NCBI RefSeq assembly: GCF_964213995.1
Contig: NC_135812.1
Location: 62,186,001 to 62,250,000, forward strand
Direction: 5' to 3'
Source: Mustelus asterias
Lineage: Eukaryota
DNA length: 64,000 nt
The notes beneath the pieces are model-generated. The model had not been told where the DNA came from. It saw nothing but the letters and a program-made list of their open reading frames with translations, and searched no databases. Position numbers and translations under genes: made by a program. Shown in pieces: positions 62,607 through 64,000 of the stretch. Within the stretch, counting starts at the first letter, position 1; each line of letters opens with the position of its first letter.

Positions 62607-63090
62607 TGATGTGGAGATGCCGGCGTTGGACTGGGGTGAACACAGTAAGAAGTCTCACAACACCAGGTTAAAGTCCAACAGGTTTATTTGGTAGCAAATA
62701 CCATAAGCTTTCAGAGCGCTGCTCCTTCGTCAGATGGAGTGGAAATGTGCTCTCAAACAGTGCACAGCGACACAAAATCAAGTTACAGAATACTGATTAG
62801 AATGCGAATCCCTACAGCCAGCCAGGTCTTAAAGGTACAGACAATGTGGGTGGAGGGAGCATTAAACACAGGTTAAAGAGATGTGTATTGTCTCCAGACA
62901 GAACAGCTAGTGAGATTCTGCAAGTCCAGGAGGCAAGCTGTGGGGGTTACTGATAATGTGACATAAATCCAACATCCCGGTTTAGGCCGTCCTCATGTGC
63001 GCGGAACTTGGCTATCAGTTTCTGCTCAGCGACTCTGCGCTGACGTGTGTCGTGAAGGCTGCCTTGGAGAACGCTTACCTGAAGATCCTA
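62607..63090 (-). mobile_element. 5'-truncated Penelope-like retroelement (ORF C-terminus, hammerhead, tail)
   Basis: TSD TTTCAGCTGTGA (62598-62609, 63091-63102); minus frame 63087-62947 DLQVSVLQGSLHDTRQRRVAEQKLIAKFRAHEDGLNRDVGFMSHYQ*, with the E...GLN pattern of a GIY-YIG C-terminus. Confidence 0.85.
62701..62737 (-). ncRNA. Minimal type I hammerhead ribozyme motif
   Basis: Reverse strand CCAT-CTGACGA-A-GGAGC(AGC)GCTCT-GAAA-GC-TT-ATGG. Confidence 0.75.
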
Positions 63091-63271
63091 TTTCAGCTGT
63101 GACAGACCAGTGCCTCAGGCTTTGAGATGATTCTCTGTCTGCCTCTGCTCCAGTCTTGCCCCCATCCTAAAATACATTAAAATTGACAACAGCAACAAAA
63201 ATGCTTGCTGAAGGCCTCATAAAAGAAAGTAAAGCAAAACTACATCGAGAAATATAAAGAGAGAAGCGAGT

Positions 63272-63430
63272 TAGAATAGAATCCCTACAGTGCAGAAGGA
63301 GGCCATTTGGCCCATCGAGCCTGCACTGATCAACAATCCCACCCAAGCCCTATCCCCGTAACCCCACATATTTACCCTGCTAATCCCCCTGACACTAAGG
63401 GTCAATTTAGCATAGCCAATCCACCTAACC
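63272..63430 (-). mobile_element. HE1 SINE 3' fragment
   Basis: AGAATCCCTACAGTGCAGAAGGAGGCCAT...CCAATCCACCTAACC. Confidence 0.8.
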
Positions 63431-63843
63431 GGCTAATCGCCTAACTAGTTCTACCAACTTGAACTATGCACTGGCAAGTAAGGGCCAGAATCTAAAATAT
63501 CACAACAGCAGTGTCCAATTCTACTAAAAATGTTGGTTCTCTTGATCAAACGTAGAAATGATGAATACTCTTCCAGAGTGAGGCAGTTCTGGAATTCGAC
63601 CAGTGAAAAATGATTAACAAGTGATAAACAGCATTAAGTCCGACTGGTGTTTGTTTAAAGAGTGGGGAAGTGGGGAAAGTCCCATCAAGTGAACTGTCAG
63701 ACTAAAACAATCAAGAGACCATCACAACGTTTGAGAAAGACTGTAAGCTTTTCAGTTGTCATGCATTTGGATGAGAAGATTAGTCAGTGTAAAAAAGAGT
63801 AAGAGTTAATATAACTGAAGAAATGTTCCTCTATCTATTGAGT

Positions 63844-64000
63844 AGGCACCATGGGTGGCACAGTGGTTAGCACTGCTGCCTCACAGCACCAGGGACCTGG
63901 GTTCGATTTCTGGCTTGGATCACTGTCTGTGTGGAGTTTGCATATTCTCCCTGTGTCTGCGTGGGTTTCCTCCGGGTGCTCCGGTTTCCTCCCAGTCTGA
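63844..64000 (+). mobile_element. HE1-type V-SINE, cut by the window end
   Basis: GGTGGCACAGTGGTTAGCACTGCTGCCTCACAG head and V domain. Confidence 0.88.

Overview
Eukaryotic, intron-rich DNA, most likely from a shark (elasmobranch), judged from HE1-type V-SINEs, Deu-domain SINEs and CR1/HER1 LINEs. The whole window lies inside one + strand gene, the T-type calcium channel alpha-1G subunit (CACNA1G/Cav3.1). Ten exons with GT-AG boundaries and compatible phases were read by hand. They correspond to human exons 10-19 and encode domain II S2-S6 with the pore loop, the II-III linker and domain III S1, including the 69-nt cassette exon 14. The introns are packed with SINEs, CR1/L2/RTE fragments, short MITEs and a probable solo LTR. 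Main observations: (1) six TSD-flanked insertions of one Penelope-like family, ranging from a 29-nt tail-only insert to near-perfect fold-back palindromes, with minimal hammerhead ribozyme motifs showing base-pair covariation; (2) a candidate 27-nt in-frame microexon (KVDQKQKPQ) between exons 14 and 15; (3) a 424-bp near-identical inverted duplication upstream of exon 10; (4) a four-level nested retroelement stack. Repeat boundaries are approximate unless a TSD is quoted. No database searches were run, and comparisons to human Cav3.1 are from recall.
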